A DNA stretch of 64,000 nt from an uncultured Thermoleophilia bacterium (GCA_963834905.1 CAWIDR010000037.1:93023-157022), one strand, 5' to 3'; numbered from the stretch's first letter, positions 28,407-38,280 are shown. Notes: generated by a model not told the origin, from the sequence alone. Numbers and translations: made by a program.

Positions 28407-29850
28407 ATGTCACTGAGCAGAGAAGCCATCGTCGAGGGCCTGAAGCGCATCGTGGGGCCGGAGGCCGTGGTCACCGATGAGAAGATCCTCGTCGAGAGCA
28501 GCGTCGACAACTTCCGCAAGCTGCAGAACATCTTCGACGTGCACACGATGCCGGTGCCGGCGGCCGTAGCGCTGCCGGCCGACGCCGCCCAGGTCGCCGA
28601 GCTCCTGCGCTTCGCGAGCGACAACGGCGTCAGCGTCATCCCGCGGACGGGCGGCACGGCGACCGAGGGCGGGCTCGAGAGCGCCGTGCCCGACTCCGTG
28701 ATCATCGACGGGTCGATGATGAACAAGATCATCGACGTCGACCCGTACAACATGCAGGCCACCTGCCAGTGCGGCGTGCCCCTGCAGGCGCTCGAGGACC
28801 GCGCGCGCGAGCACGGGCTGACCACGGGCCACTCGCCGCAGTCCAAGCCGGTGGCCCACATGGGCGGCCTCGTCGCCACGCGCAGCATCGGCCAGTTCTC
28901 GACGCTGTACGGCGGCATCGAGGACATGGTCGTCGGCCTCGAGGCCGTGTTCCCCAACGGCGAGATCGCGCGCATCAAGAACGTGCCGCGCCGCGCCGCC
29001 GGCCCCGACATCCGCCATGTGGTCATCGGCAACGAAGGCGCGCTCTGCTTCATCAGCGAAGTGACCGTCAAGCTGTTCCCGTACTTCCCCGAGAACAACA
29101 GGTTCCTCGGCTGGACGCTCAAGGACATGGCGACGGGCTTCGCCGTGCTGCGCGAGGTGATGGTCAACGGCTACAAGCCGTCGGTGGCGCGGGTCTACGA
29201 CCCGGGCGACGCCGGCATCCACTTCTCGCACTTCGCCGCCGAGGACGACTGCGTGCTGCTGTTCATGGCCGAGGGCGCGGCCGGCATCGCCAAGGCGACC
29301 GCCGACGGCATCCAGGAGATCGTCGACAAGCACCCCGAGTGCACCCAGGTGCCGAGCGAGTACATCGAGACCTGGTTCAACGACCTCTGCTGGGACGCGA
29401 GCAAGATCACCGCGGAGGACGAGCGCATCCGCCAGACGCGCAACGTGAACCGCACGACCGAGATCTCCGCCGACTGGAGCTCGATCAACGACATCTACCA
29501 GACGGCCAAGGCGCGCATCATCGCCGAGATCCCCGACATCACGATGATGGGCGGCCACTCTTCGCACAGCTACATCAACGGCACCAACATGTACTTCAAC
29601 TACTTCTTCAACGTGGTCGGCGTCGGGCCCGGAGGAGGAGACCGAGAAGTACTACCTGCCGATCATCGGCATCATCTGCGAGGAGACGCTCAAGCGCGGG
29701 GGTTCGATCGTCCACCACCACGGCATGGGCAAGGCCCGTGCGCCGTGGGTCAAGGACGAGTACGGTTCGTCCTACTACATCCTCGAGACGCTCAAGCGGT
29801 CGTTCGACCCCGACGGCATCATGAACCCGGGGACGATCATCCCGCTCTGA
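28407..29850 (+). CDS. FAD-linked oxidase (GlcD / alkyl-DHAP-synthase / YgcU-like); frameshift ~29628
   Basis: VIPRTGGTATEGG, GHSPQS, GGLVATRSIG, GNEGALCFISEVTVKL. The C-terminus continues in another frame: EEETEKYYLPIIG..HHHGMGKARAPW..DPDGIMNPGTIIPL*. Confidence 0.8.
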
Positions 29851-29871
29851 GCGCATAGGAGGCGGCTCCGC

Positions 29872-30705
29872 GTGGACCAGCTGCGGATCGTCGTCGGCTT
29901 CAAGGTCACGCCGGACTATGAGGCGCTGCGCGCGTCCGACTGGGCGCGGGCGGCGGCGGAGGGCGGCAGGCCCGAGACCCGCTACGTCCGCCGCGTCTTG
30001 GGCGTCTTCGACGAGGCCGCACTGGAGCTCGCGCTGCGCCTGCGCGACGCGCGCGCGGAGCGCGGCCTCGAGACGAGCCTCGCGGCCTTCTCCATCGCCG
30101 GCCGCGAAGCCGACCCCTTCCTCAAGACCCTGCAGGCGCTCGGCTTCGAGCGCGCCGCCCGCGTCGACCCCGACGCGGACCTCGACTTCGCTCCCTCCGC
30201 GACGGCCACGCTGGTCGCCGCCTGCGCGGAGCGGCTCGGTGGCGACGTCCTGCTCCTCGGCTCCAGCAGCGGCCCCGGCGACAGCGGCGTGGTCCCGTTC
30301 CTGGTCGCGGAGACCCTCGGCCGTCCCTGCCTGACGCAGGTCACCGAGCTGCAGCCCACGGGCGACGGCCGCCTCCGCGTCACGTTCGCGGCGGACGGCG
30401 GCCCCGTCCGGGCGACGCTCGCGCCGCCCTGCGTCCTCGCCGTCGGCAACGCCCTCGTCTCGATGCTCCGCGTGCCGACGCTCAAGGACCGGCTGGCGGT
30501 GAAGGACGAGCTCATCGCCGAGCTCTCCGCCGCGGAACTCGGCGTGGACCTCGCCGGCGTGCTCGCCGGAGAGCCGACCGCGCTCACGGGGCTCGAGACG
30601 ATCGACCGCAGGCGCGCCGGCGCCGTCGTCGCCGGGGCGACGCCGGCGGACAAGGCGCGCGCGTTGTACGAGACGCACCTGCGCGCGCGCCTGGAGCGCC
30701 TGTGA
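29872..30705 (+). CDS. Electron-transfer flavoprotein beta-subunit-like protein (divergent, YgcR-like)
   Basis: RIVVGFKVTPDYEAL.., LLLGSSSGPGDSGVVPFLVAETLGRPCLTQV, typical EtfB/FixA layout. Confidence 0.7.
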   Translation: MDQLRIVVGFKVTPDYEALRASDWARAAAEGGRPETRYVRRVLGVFDEAALELALRLRDARAERGLETSLAAFSIAGREADPFLKTLQALGFERAARVDPDADLDFAPSATATLVAACAERLGGDVLLLGSSSGPGDSGVVPFLVAETLGRPCLTQVTELQPTGDGRLRVTFAADGGPVRATLAPPCVLAVGNALVSMLRVPTLKDRLAVKDELIAELSAAELGVDLAGVLAGEPTALTGLETIDRRRAGAVVAGATPADKARALYETHLRARLERL

Positions 30706-31720
30706 GCGCGGCCACGACTCCTCGCGTGGTGGCCGTGCTGGACGGCACCACTCCGGGCGCCGAGCGGCGGGCGCGGGCGCTCGGCGGGTTCCTGCGCGAC
30801 GGGCTGCGGCTCGCCGGAGACACGACCGTGGCCGCCGCAGAGGCGGTCACGCTCGCCTTCTACGCCGATGACGCCGCCCGGGACCGCCTCGTCGAGCTCG
30901 CGCCCACGGGCGACGTCCGTCTGGTCCGCACGCCCGCGTTCCGGCCGGACCTCATGGCCGCCGCGCTCACCGCCTTCGAGGCGGGCGGCGGCGCCGAGCT
31001 CTTCGCCTTCCCGGGCGGGCCGCTCGGCGCCGAACTGGCGGCGCGCCTCGCCGCCCGCGCCGGCGGCGGGGTCCTCACCGACGTCCTCAGCGCGGCCGTC
31101 GGTCCCGCGGGCCTGCTCTGCCGCCGCGCCGTCTACTCCAACCACCTCACCGGCCGGTTCCAGCTGCGCCGCCCCCCCTGGTGCATCACGCTCCATCCGG
31201 ACTGGTACGACGCGCGCGTCGAACCCCCGGCGGAGCACTCCGTGCGCGCGGACGTGGAACTGACGGCCGGCGACTCGTCCATCACGCCGCCGCTCAGCCA
31301 CGTCGAACCGCTCGAGCCGCCCGCCACCGGCGATCTGGAGGCGGCGAAGTTCCTCGTCGTCGCCGGCCGCGGTGCGGGAAGCCGCGCCGGCGTGGAGCGC
31401 CTCGCGGCCGCCGCCGCACGCATGGGCGCATCCTTCGGCGTCACGCGGCCCGTCGCCATGAACGCCTGGGCCGCGCCCGACCGGCAGATCGGCGTCTCCG
31501 GCACGCGCGCGGCCCCCGCGGTCTGCGTCGTCGCGGGAGCGTCGGGCGCGCCGGCCTTCCTCTGGGGCGTCGAGCGCGCCGGCTTCATCGCCGCCGTCGA
31601 CATCGACGACGCACGCGGCGATCGTCGCCGAGTCCGACGCCGCCATCGTGGACGACGCCGTGGCGGTCGTCGAGGCGCTCGCCGACATCGTCGCCGCGAG
31701 CGTGAAGCCTGAACCAGCCG
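30702..31720 (+). CDS. Electron-transfer flavoprotein alpha-subunit-like protein (divergent, YgcQ-like); frameshift ~31615, 3' end uncertain
   Basis: AAKFLVVAGRGAGS, GASFGVTRPV, QIGVSGTRAAPAVCVVAGASGAPAFLWGV, AVDIDD.., then AAIVAESDAAIVDDAVAVVEAL in another frame. Confidence 0.65.
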
Positions 31721-31764
31721 GACCCTTCGCTCCGGGCACTGACGCCATGGGCGATGTCATCCAT

Positions 31765-31811
31765 GGCGTCACGGGTGGCGTCACGGATGGCGTCACCGGT
31801 GGCGTCACGCC
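31765..31811. repeat. Four tandem 12-nt units GGCGTCACNGRT, preceded by a 10-bp inverted repeat (31741-31770)
   Basis: ggcgtcacgggt ggcgtcacggat ggcgtcaccggt ggcgtcacgcc, preceded by GACGCCATGG-N10-CCATGGCGTC. Confidence 0.7.
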
Positions 31812-31912
31812 ACGGCGTACATGGGTGCGAGCCCGCAGGGAGCGGCCGGGCTCGCTCCCCGGCTCCACCCCTCGCACGGACAATCCGAACGGTTCGTCAG
31901 CCTCAGGCGGAA

Positions 31913-31959
31913 GATTGTTCACTTGTGCGCTTGACTGAGCGAACATCAGACTGAATACT
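31913..31959 (+). promoter_or_regulatory. Near-duplicate of the 26052 promoter/operator, upstream of the Lrp/AsnC gene
   Basis: GATTGTTC 31913-31920, TTGACT 31931-31936, GAACATC 31941-31947, AATACT 31954-31959. Same spacings as the copy at 26052. Confidence 0.5.
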
Positions 31960-31995
31960 CGGGGGGACGACCAACGGCTCCCGGAGGGGGAAGGC

Positions 31996-32460
31996 GTGGA
32001 TGCACTAGACCGTGAAGTCCTTCTGGCTCTGCAGGAGGACGGACGCATGTCCAACCTCGCGCTCGCGCGCAAGCTCGGTCTGTCCCCGTCCGCGATGCTG
32101 GGTCGCGTCCGGCGCCTCGAACGCAGCGGCGCCATCCGCGGCTACCGCGCGATCATCGATCCCGCCGCGCTGGGCATCACCGTGCGCGCCCTCGTCGTCG
32201 CCCGCCTGCGCGAGCACAGCGAGGACTCCATCCGGGAGTTCGAGAAGGGCATCAAGGAAGTCCCGGGCGTGCGCGCCTGCTACCACGTCACCGGCCAGTT
32301 CGACATGGTGGTGGAGCTCGCGCTGCGCGACCTCGACCACCTCGGCCAGCTCATCCGCGTCGACATCGCCCGCATCCCGGGCGTCATGAACCTCGAGACC
32401 ATGCTCGTCCTGGCGGAGTCCGTCGAGGACGAAGGCTGGCCCATCGTCAGCGAAGAGTAA
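31996..32460 (+). CDS. Lrp/AsnC-family transcriptional regulator
   Basis: LDREVLLALQEDGRMSNLALARKLGLSPSAMLGRVRRLERSGAIRGY HTH followed by a RAM/ACT-like C-terminal domain. Confidence 0.9.
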   Translation: MDALDREVLLALQEDGRMSNLALARKLGLSPSAMLGRVRRLERSGAIRGYRAIIDPAALGITVRALVVARLREHSEDSIREFEKGIKEVPGVRACYHVTGQFDMVVELALRDLDHLGQLIRVDIARIPGVMNLETMLVLAESVEDEGWPIVSEE

Positions 32461-32515
32461 GAGCGCGGCGTCCGCGCCGCTGCGCCATCCGGTTCCACAC
32501 AGGAGGTCCACCCCC

Positions 32516-33361
32516 ATGTCAAAGAAAGGTCTCTTCGACCTGCACGAGATGAAGCGCGCCGGCGAGAAGATCGCCTGGCTCACCGCCTACGACTACCCGA
32601 CGGCGACGTTCGAAGAGGCGGCCGGGATCGACATGATCCTCGTCGGCGACTCGCTCGGCATGTGCGTGTACGGCTATCCGGGCACCGTGCCGGTCACGAT
32701 GGACCAGTGCATCGTGCACAGCGAGGCCGTGCGCCGCGGCGCCCCCAACACGTTCGTCGTCGGCGACATGCCGCTGGGCAGCTACCAGGCCAGTGACGAG
32801 GACGCGGTGCGCAACGCCATCCGCTTCCTCAAGGAGGCGAACGTCGACGCCATCAAGCTCGAGGGCGGCGTGCGCACCGTGAGCCGCGTCAGGGCGATCC
32901 TCGACGCCGGCGTCGCCGTCTGCGGCCACATCGGCCTCACGCCGCAGAGCTCCGGCCAGCTCGGCGGCCACAAGGCGCAGGGCCGCACCCTCGAGTCCGC
33001 CAAACTGGTGGTCGAGGACGCCCGTGCCCTCTACGAGGCGGGCGTCCAGCTCCTCCTCGTCGAGGCCGTGCCGCCGGAGGTGGCCGGCTTCATCCGCAAC
33101 GAGCTGCCGATCCCGGTGCTCGGCATCGGCGCCGGCGAGGACGTCGACGGCCAGCTGCTGATCGTCAGCGACGTGCTCGGCACGTTCCAGGCGTTCACGC
33201 CCAAGTTCGTCAAGAAGTACGCCGACCTCGCCGGCGTCTCCACGGCCGCGCTCACCGAGTACGTCAAGGACGTGCGCGGCAGCGCGTTCCCGGAGGAGCA
33301 GCACTGCTACCGCATGCTCGAGGGCGAGCAGGACAAGTTCACGGCCTGGGCCAAGAGCTGA
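32516..33361 (+). CDS. panB: 3-methyl-2-oxobutanoate hydroxymethyltransferase (ketopantoate hydroxymethyltransferase) family
   Basis: IAWLTAYDYPTA, ILVGDSLGM, VVGDMPLGSY, AIKLEGG, GHIGLTPQS, LLLVEAVP. Confidence 0.85.
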   Translation: MSKKGLFDLHEMKRAGEKIAWLTAYDYPTATFEEAAGIDMILVGDSLGMCVYGYPGTVPVTMDQCIVHSEAVRRGAPNTFVVGDMPLGSYQASDEDAVRNAIRFLKEANVDAIKLEGGVRTVSRVRAILDAGVAVCGHIGLTPQSSGQLGGHKAQGRTLESAKLVVEDARALYEAGVQLLLVEAVPPEVAGFIRNELPIPVLGIGAGEDVDGQLLIVSDVLGTFQAFTPKFVKKYADLAGVSTAALTEYVKDVRGSAFPEEQHCYRMLEGEQDKFTAWAKS

Positions 33362-33383
33362 GGCGAGGACTGCGAAGGGACCT

Positions 33384-34641
33384 GTGATGCACTCGCTCGC
33401 TGAAGACCTCACCCCGCCCGGCCCCGGCTTCGTGCCGGCCGACCGGGTCTCGCGGCTCGGGACCGAGACGGTCTTCGCCGTCTCGGCCGAGGCGGCCGCG
33501 CTCGCCGCGCAGGGACGGACGATCTACCCGTTCCACCTCGGCGACCTCAACATCCCCACCGCCGAGCCCATCGTCGCGGCGATGAACCAGGCCATCCGCG
33601 ACGGGAAGACGACCTACTGCGCCAACGCCGGCGTCATGCCGTTGCGCGAGGCCCTGGCCGCCGACGTGGCCGCCGCGCGCGGGGTCACCTACACCGCCGA
33701 CAACGTGTCCGTGCAGCCGGGCGGCAAGCCTGTCATCGGCAAGTTCCTCATGGCCGCCATGAACATGGGCGACGAGGTCCTCTACCCCAACCCCGGCTTC
33801 CCGATCTACGCCTCGTTCATCGAGTTCGTGGGCGGGGTGGCCGTGCCCTACGGGTTCGTGGACGACGGCGACCGCTACACCATCGACATCGACGCGATCG
33901 AGCGGCGCATCACGCCGCGCACGCGCCTGCTCATCCTGAACGACCTGCACAACCCGACGGCCGCCGAATGTACGCCTGAGGAGCTGGACCGCCTCGCCGA
34001 GATCGCGATCCGGCACGACCTGCTCGTGCTCAGCGACGAGGCGTACTTCGACGTGCGCTTCGAGGGCGCGAGCCAGTCGATCGTCTCGCGCCCCGGCATG
34101 CTCGAGCGCACGGTCATCCTGTACACGTTCAGCAAGAAGTACGCGATGACGGGCTGGCGCCTGGGCGCCGCCATCGGGCCCAAAGCCATCATCGACATCA
34201 TCACGCAGATGAACGTGAACATGGAGTCGTGCCCCAACCACTTCGCCCAGTACGGCGCCCTCGAGGCCCTCACCGGCGATCAGGCCGGGCCCCGCGAGAT
34301 GATGGCCCGGCTCAAGGGCAGGCGCGACGCCGCGCTGCGCGATCCTGGGCGAGACGCCGGGCGTGCGCTGCCACACGCCGGAGTCCACGTTCTACCTGTA
34401 TCCGGACGTGACCGGCGCCGTCCGCCTGACCGGCTGCGCCGGCCACGAGGACTTCCGGCGCCTCCTCCTCGACAAGACCGGCGTCTCGTTCTGCACCCGC
34501 CAGCACTTCGGGAAGGCAGTACCGGGCGAGACCGGATACCATCTACGTCTCGCCTACTCAGGCGTCACCACAGCACAGATCGAGGAGGGCCTCGGCGCGT
34601 TCAAGGCCTTCATCGAATCGACAGAGCCCTCAGAGTCCTGA
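33384..34641 (+). CDS. Class I/II pyridoxal-phosphate aminotransferase (aspartate/aromatic type); frameshift ~34335
   Basis: YCANAGVMPLREALA, LYPNPGFPIY, LNDLHNPT, YTFSKKYAMTGWRLG (PLP Lys). The C-terminus lies in the frame of ORF 34363..34641 (PESTFYLYPDV..RLAYSG). Confidence 0.8.
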
Positions 34642-34661
34642 CCCCCCAAGGAGACACCGCG

Positions 34662-36116
34662 ATGAAAGAGCTGCCCACCTCCGTCCTCGAGAGCCGCCTC
34701 CGCATGCTCTCCGACGAGAAGTGCCAGATGATCTACGACGCCGCCCTCACGATCATCTCGGAGATGGGCATGACCGTGCCCCACGCCGAGGCGCGTGAGA
34801 TCCTCGTCAAGGGCGCCGGCGCCACCGTCGAAGGCGACGACCTCGTCAAGATCCCGCGCGACGCCGTGGCGGCCGCGCGCGACACCATCCCCGAGATGAT
34901 CCACGTGTACGACCGGGGCGGCGAGCTGGCCATGCAGCTCGGCGGCACCAACTCGTACTTCGGTACGGGCTCGGACCTCATGAGCATCTACGACTTCGAC
35001 ACGCAGAAGCGCCGCCTCAGCGTGCTCGAGGACACCGCGAAGATGGCCCACCTCTGCGACGGCCTGCCGAACATCGACTTCATCATGTCGGCCGCGCACC
35101 CGCACGACATCGACGCCTACGCCTCGTACCTCGAATGCTTCCGCGTCATGGTCACCAACACCACCAAGCCGATGGTCATGACCGCCGCCGGCGTCGAGGA
35201 CCTCGAGGTCATGTGGAAGATCGCCTCGGCCTTCCGCGGCGGCGCCGAGCAGCTGCGCGAGAAGCCGTACTTCATCCAGTACGGCGAGCCCGTCAGCCCG
35301 CTGCAGCACGCCGCCGAGGTGCTCGACAAGCTGCTCTTCTGCGCCGACTGGGGCATCCCGCTCATCTACTCCCCGGCGCCGATCGCCGGCGCCACGGCGC
35401 CGATCACCCACGCCGGCCACATCGTGCAGGCCGTCGCCGAGTCGCTCTTCGGCGCCGTCATCCACCAGCTGCGCCGTCCGGGCTCCCCGCTGCTCACCGG
35501 CATGGGCCCGGTCAAGCTCGACATGAACACCGTCCAGGCGCTCTACAACTCGGCCGAGTACTACACCACCTACCTCGGCATCACCGAGATGGCCAAGTGG
35601 ATGGACATCCCCAACTGGGGCTACGCCGGCACCAGCGACTCGCAGTGCGTCGACGCCAACGCCGGCATCGACATCACCGAGCTCACGCTGCTCTCCATGC
35701 AGGCCGGCTCCAACCTCAACCACGACATCGGCTACCTCGACTTCGGCCTCACCGGCGCCGGCGAGCTCGTCGTGCTCACCGACGAGGTCATCTCGATGAA
35801 CCGGCGCACGCTCGAGGGCATCGAGGTCAGCGAGGAGACCCTCGCGCTCGACACCATCGCCGCGGTGGGCCGGGGCGGCGACTTCCTGGGCCAGAAGCAC
35901 ACCAAGCGTCACGTGCGGGACCTGCAGTGGCGGCCGACGATCCTCAACCGCAGCACGCAGAAGAACTGGGAGGCCGCCGGCGCGCTCGACGCGACCGAGA
36001 AGGCCCACCTGAAGCTCGTGGACATCATGACGAACCACAAGCCGGAGCCGCTCGGCCCCGAGCAGAAGAAGACGATGGACGAGCTGGTCGACGCGTACGT
36101 CGCGGCCGGCAAGTAG
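34662..36116 (+). CDS. MttB-superfamily methyltransferase, non-pyrrolysine type
   Basis: AAGGAGA RBS then ATG at 34662. MLSDEKCQMIYDAALTIISEMGM, SPAPIAGATAPIT, MAKWMDIPNWGYAGTSDSQCVDANAG, GDFLGQKHT. Confidence 0.85.
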   Translation: MKELPTSVLESRLRMLSDEKCQMIYDAALTIISEMGMTVPHAEAREILVKGAGATVEGDDLVKIPRDAVAAARDTIPEMIHVYDRGGELAMQLGGTNSYFGTGSDLMSIYDFDTQKRRLSVLEDTAKMAHLCDGLPNIDFIMSAAHPHDIDAYASYLECFRVMVTNTTKPMVMTAAGVEDLEVMWKIASAFRGGAEQLREKPYFIQYGEPVSPLQHAAEVLDKLLFCADWGIPLIYSPAPIAGATAPITHAGHIVQAVAESLFGAVIHQLRRPGSPLLTGMGPVKLDMNTVQALYNSAEYYTTYLGITEMAKWMDIPNWGYAGTSDSQCVDANAGIDITELTLLSMQAGSNLNHDIGYLDFGLTGAGELVVLTDEVISMNRRTLEGIEVSEETLALDTIAAVGRGGDFLGQKHTKRHVRDLQWRPTILNRSTQKNWEAAGALDATEKAHLKLVDIMTNHKPEPLGPEQKKTMDELVDAYVAAGK

Positions 36117-36140
36117 CGCGGTCCGCACGAAGGAGCCGGC

Positions 36141-37544
36141 GTGAACGGAGCTGCCCGAGCCGTCCTCGACGAGCGGGGCTGCCAGAAGATCCATGAGGCA
36201 GCCCTCTCGCTCCTCGAGGAGGTCGGCTGCGCCATCCTCGATCCTGAGGCGCTCGCGCTCCTCAAGGCGAACGGCGCGCGGGTGGACGGAGAGCGCGCCC
36301 GCTTCGGCGAAGCACTCGTCGAGCGGGCGCGCTCCACCGCCCCGGCGCGCTACACGGTGGCCGGCCGGCGGCCGGAGCTCGACCTGCACGTCGGGCTCGG
36401 CGAGCCCGCCGTCCTGGCCAGCGCCTCCGGCCCGCCCTTCGTCCTCAGCGGCGGCGAGTATCGCAGCGGCACGCTCGCCGACCTCACGACGGCCGTGCGG
36501 CTCGCGCACCTCTCGCCGAACATCGATGTGCTCGGCTACAGCATCGAGCCCAACGACGTGCCGGAGGAGCGGCGGCCCAAGGTGGTCGCCCACCTGCACG
36601 CCACCTCGAGCGACAAGAACTGCCGCTACACGGTGACGTCCCTGGCCGAGCTCGAGGTCGCCACGGACGTGCTCGAGATCCTGCACGGCGCGGACTGGCA
36701 CGCTCAGCCGCGCCTCTGGTCGGTCATCAACACCACGTCGCCGCTGCAGTTCTCGGCGGACGGCGCGCAGGTCGCCATGCGTCTTGCGCGCCTCGGCCAG
36801 CCGGTCCTCATCGCCGTCTGCGCCATGGGCGGGACGACGGCGCCGATCACGCTGGCCGGCCTCCTCGCCGTCCAGCACGCGGAGCTGCTCGTCGGCCTGG
36901 TGCTCACGCAGCTCGCCAACCCCGGTACGCCGTTCCTGTACGGCGGCACCTCGTCCCTGTCGTCGATGCAGAGCGGCGCGCTCATGATCGGCGCGCCGGC
37001 GTACTGGTCGCTGATGGAGGCCACCGTCCGGCTCGGCCACTGGCTGGGCGTCCCGGTGCGCGCCGGCGGCTCCGTCACCGACGCGCACATCCCCGACGCG
37101 CAGGCCGGCATCGAGTCCGCGCTGGCCATGGACACCGTCCTGCGCACCGGCGCGCAGTACGTGCTGCACGCCGCCGGCATCCTCTCCTCGTTCAACTGCT
37201 TCTCGCCGGAGAAGTTCGTCATCGACGACGAGGTGCTCAGCGGCCTGCGCGTCGCGCGGCGGCCCATCGAGGTCGACGACGAGACCCTCGCCCTCGACGT
37301 GGTCAAGGCCGCCGGACCCGGCGGGACAGTGCTCGGTCACGCGCACACGCGCAGGCACGCGCGCGACGGCGTCCGGCGGACGATCATGAACCGCGCGCCG
37401 TACGAGACGTGGCGCTCGCAGGGCGGCCGGGACCTCGCGGCCGCCGCAGCGGCTCGCGTCACGGAGCTGCTGGAGTCGTACGAGCCGCCGGACGACCTGG
37501 ACCCCGTGGTCCGGCGGCAGCTCGACGCGTACTGCCTCGGCTAG
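36141..37544 (+). CDS. MttB-superfamily methyltransferase, non-pyrrolysine type (divergent)
   Basis: VLDERGCQKIHEAALSLLEEVGC, CAMGGTTAPIT, GVPVRAGGSVTDAHIPDAQAG, GTVLGHAHT. Confidence 0.8.
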   Translation: MNGAARAVLDERGCQKIHEAALSLLEEVGCAILDPEALALLKANGARVDGERARFGEALVERARSTAPARYTVAGRRPELDLHVGLGEPAVLASASGPPFVLSGGEYRSGTLADLTTAVRLAHLSPNIDVLGYSIEPNDVPEERRPKVVAHLHATSSDKNCRYTVTSLAELEVATDVLEILHGADWHAQPRLWSVINTTSPLQFSADGAQVAMRLARLGQPVLIAVCAMGGTTAPITLAGLLAVQHAELLVGLVLTQLANPGTPFLYGGTSSLSSMQSGALMIGAPAYWSLMEATVRLGHWLGVPVRAGGSVTDAHIPDAQAGIESALAMDTVLRTGAQYVLHAAGILSSFNCFSPEKFVIDDEVLSGLRVARRPIEVDDETLALDVVKAAGPGGTVLGHAHTRRHARDGVRRTIMNRAPYETWRSQGGRDLAAAAAARVTELLESYEPPDDLDPVVRRQLDAYCLG

Positions 37545-38280
37545 ACCTCTACGTCGAGAGACTCGAGCATCCGCGCGAGCATCCGGTAGGGGTTCGAGAG
37601 GTCCACGTCGGGGTCGACGGCGGCCTGGATGGCGAGCCCGTCGATGACGGCGCTGAGGAGCTGGGCCACGCCCAGCAGGTCCGGATCGGCCAGACCGGCC
37701 GCGCCGTCCTTCACGCCGAGCCACTCGAGCTTCATTTCCAGTACCAGCGGAAGAGCATGGCCATCCGGCGGCGCAGCACCTCGTCGCGCACCACGTGCGG
37801 CAGCAGTTCGTAGAAGACCTGGAAGTCCTCGACCGAGGCAGCCATGCGCTGCATCTCCTCGACCAGGCGCGGGATGCGCTCGCCCGGGGCGACATCCTTC
37901 ATGCGGTCCAGCGAGTCCAGGTACTCGTCGTGGATCACGGAGTCGAGGACGGCGGCGACGAGTCCGGCCTTGTTGTCGAAGTAGTAGGAGACCATCGCCT
38001 TGTTCTCGCCGGCGCGCTCGCTGACGGTCTTGAGCGTGAGCGCCTCGAATCCCTCTTCGGCGATGATCTCCTTGGCCGCGATGAGCAGGTTCTGCGCCGT
38101 CTCCGGAAGCGACGAGAGCGGGTCTTCGAAGGTGAAGTGCAGATGGTCGGTCAGACCGGGTGAGTCCGTCCCTGCCGGTACTCCAGCCTCCAGGCGCCAT
38201 CGGACCGCTCGCCTCCCCCTTGGCTCGCCGTCCGGGAACGGGTTTGACAACCCCCTCCGGCCACTGTGCAATGGAGCCAC
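37541..38280 (-). CDS. TetR/AcrR-family transcriptional regulator (frameshift in an AAA run ~37737; true start uncertain)
   Basis: LLIAAKEIIAEEGFEALTLKTVSERAGENKAMVSYYFDNKAGL HTH. The C-terminus continues as MKLEWLGVKDG..LESLDVEV* in the frame of ORF 37541..39406. Confidence 0.75.

Noticed and set aside
31765-31811. Tandem 12-nt repeats considered as a CRISPR array or minisatellite of a mobile element.
   Set aside because: There are no spacers and the units are directly adjacent and far too short. No cas genes or transposase are nearby.
33384-36116. 910-aa ORF that looks like an aminotransferase fused to an MttB-like protein. Similarly, the 1100-aa ORF 52540..55842 and the 698-aa ORF 2972..5068.
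   Set aside because: These are composite open frames. The middle parts are out-of-frame read-through of the true genes. Independent RBS-plus-start signals (for example AAGGAGA then ATG at 34662) and family boundaries show separate genes.
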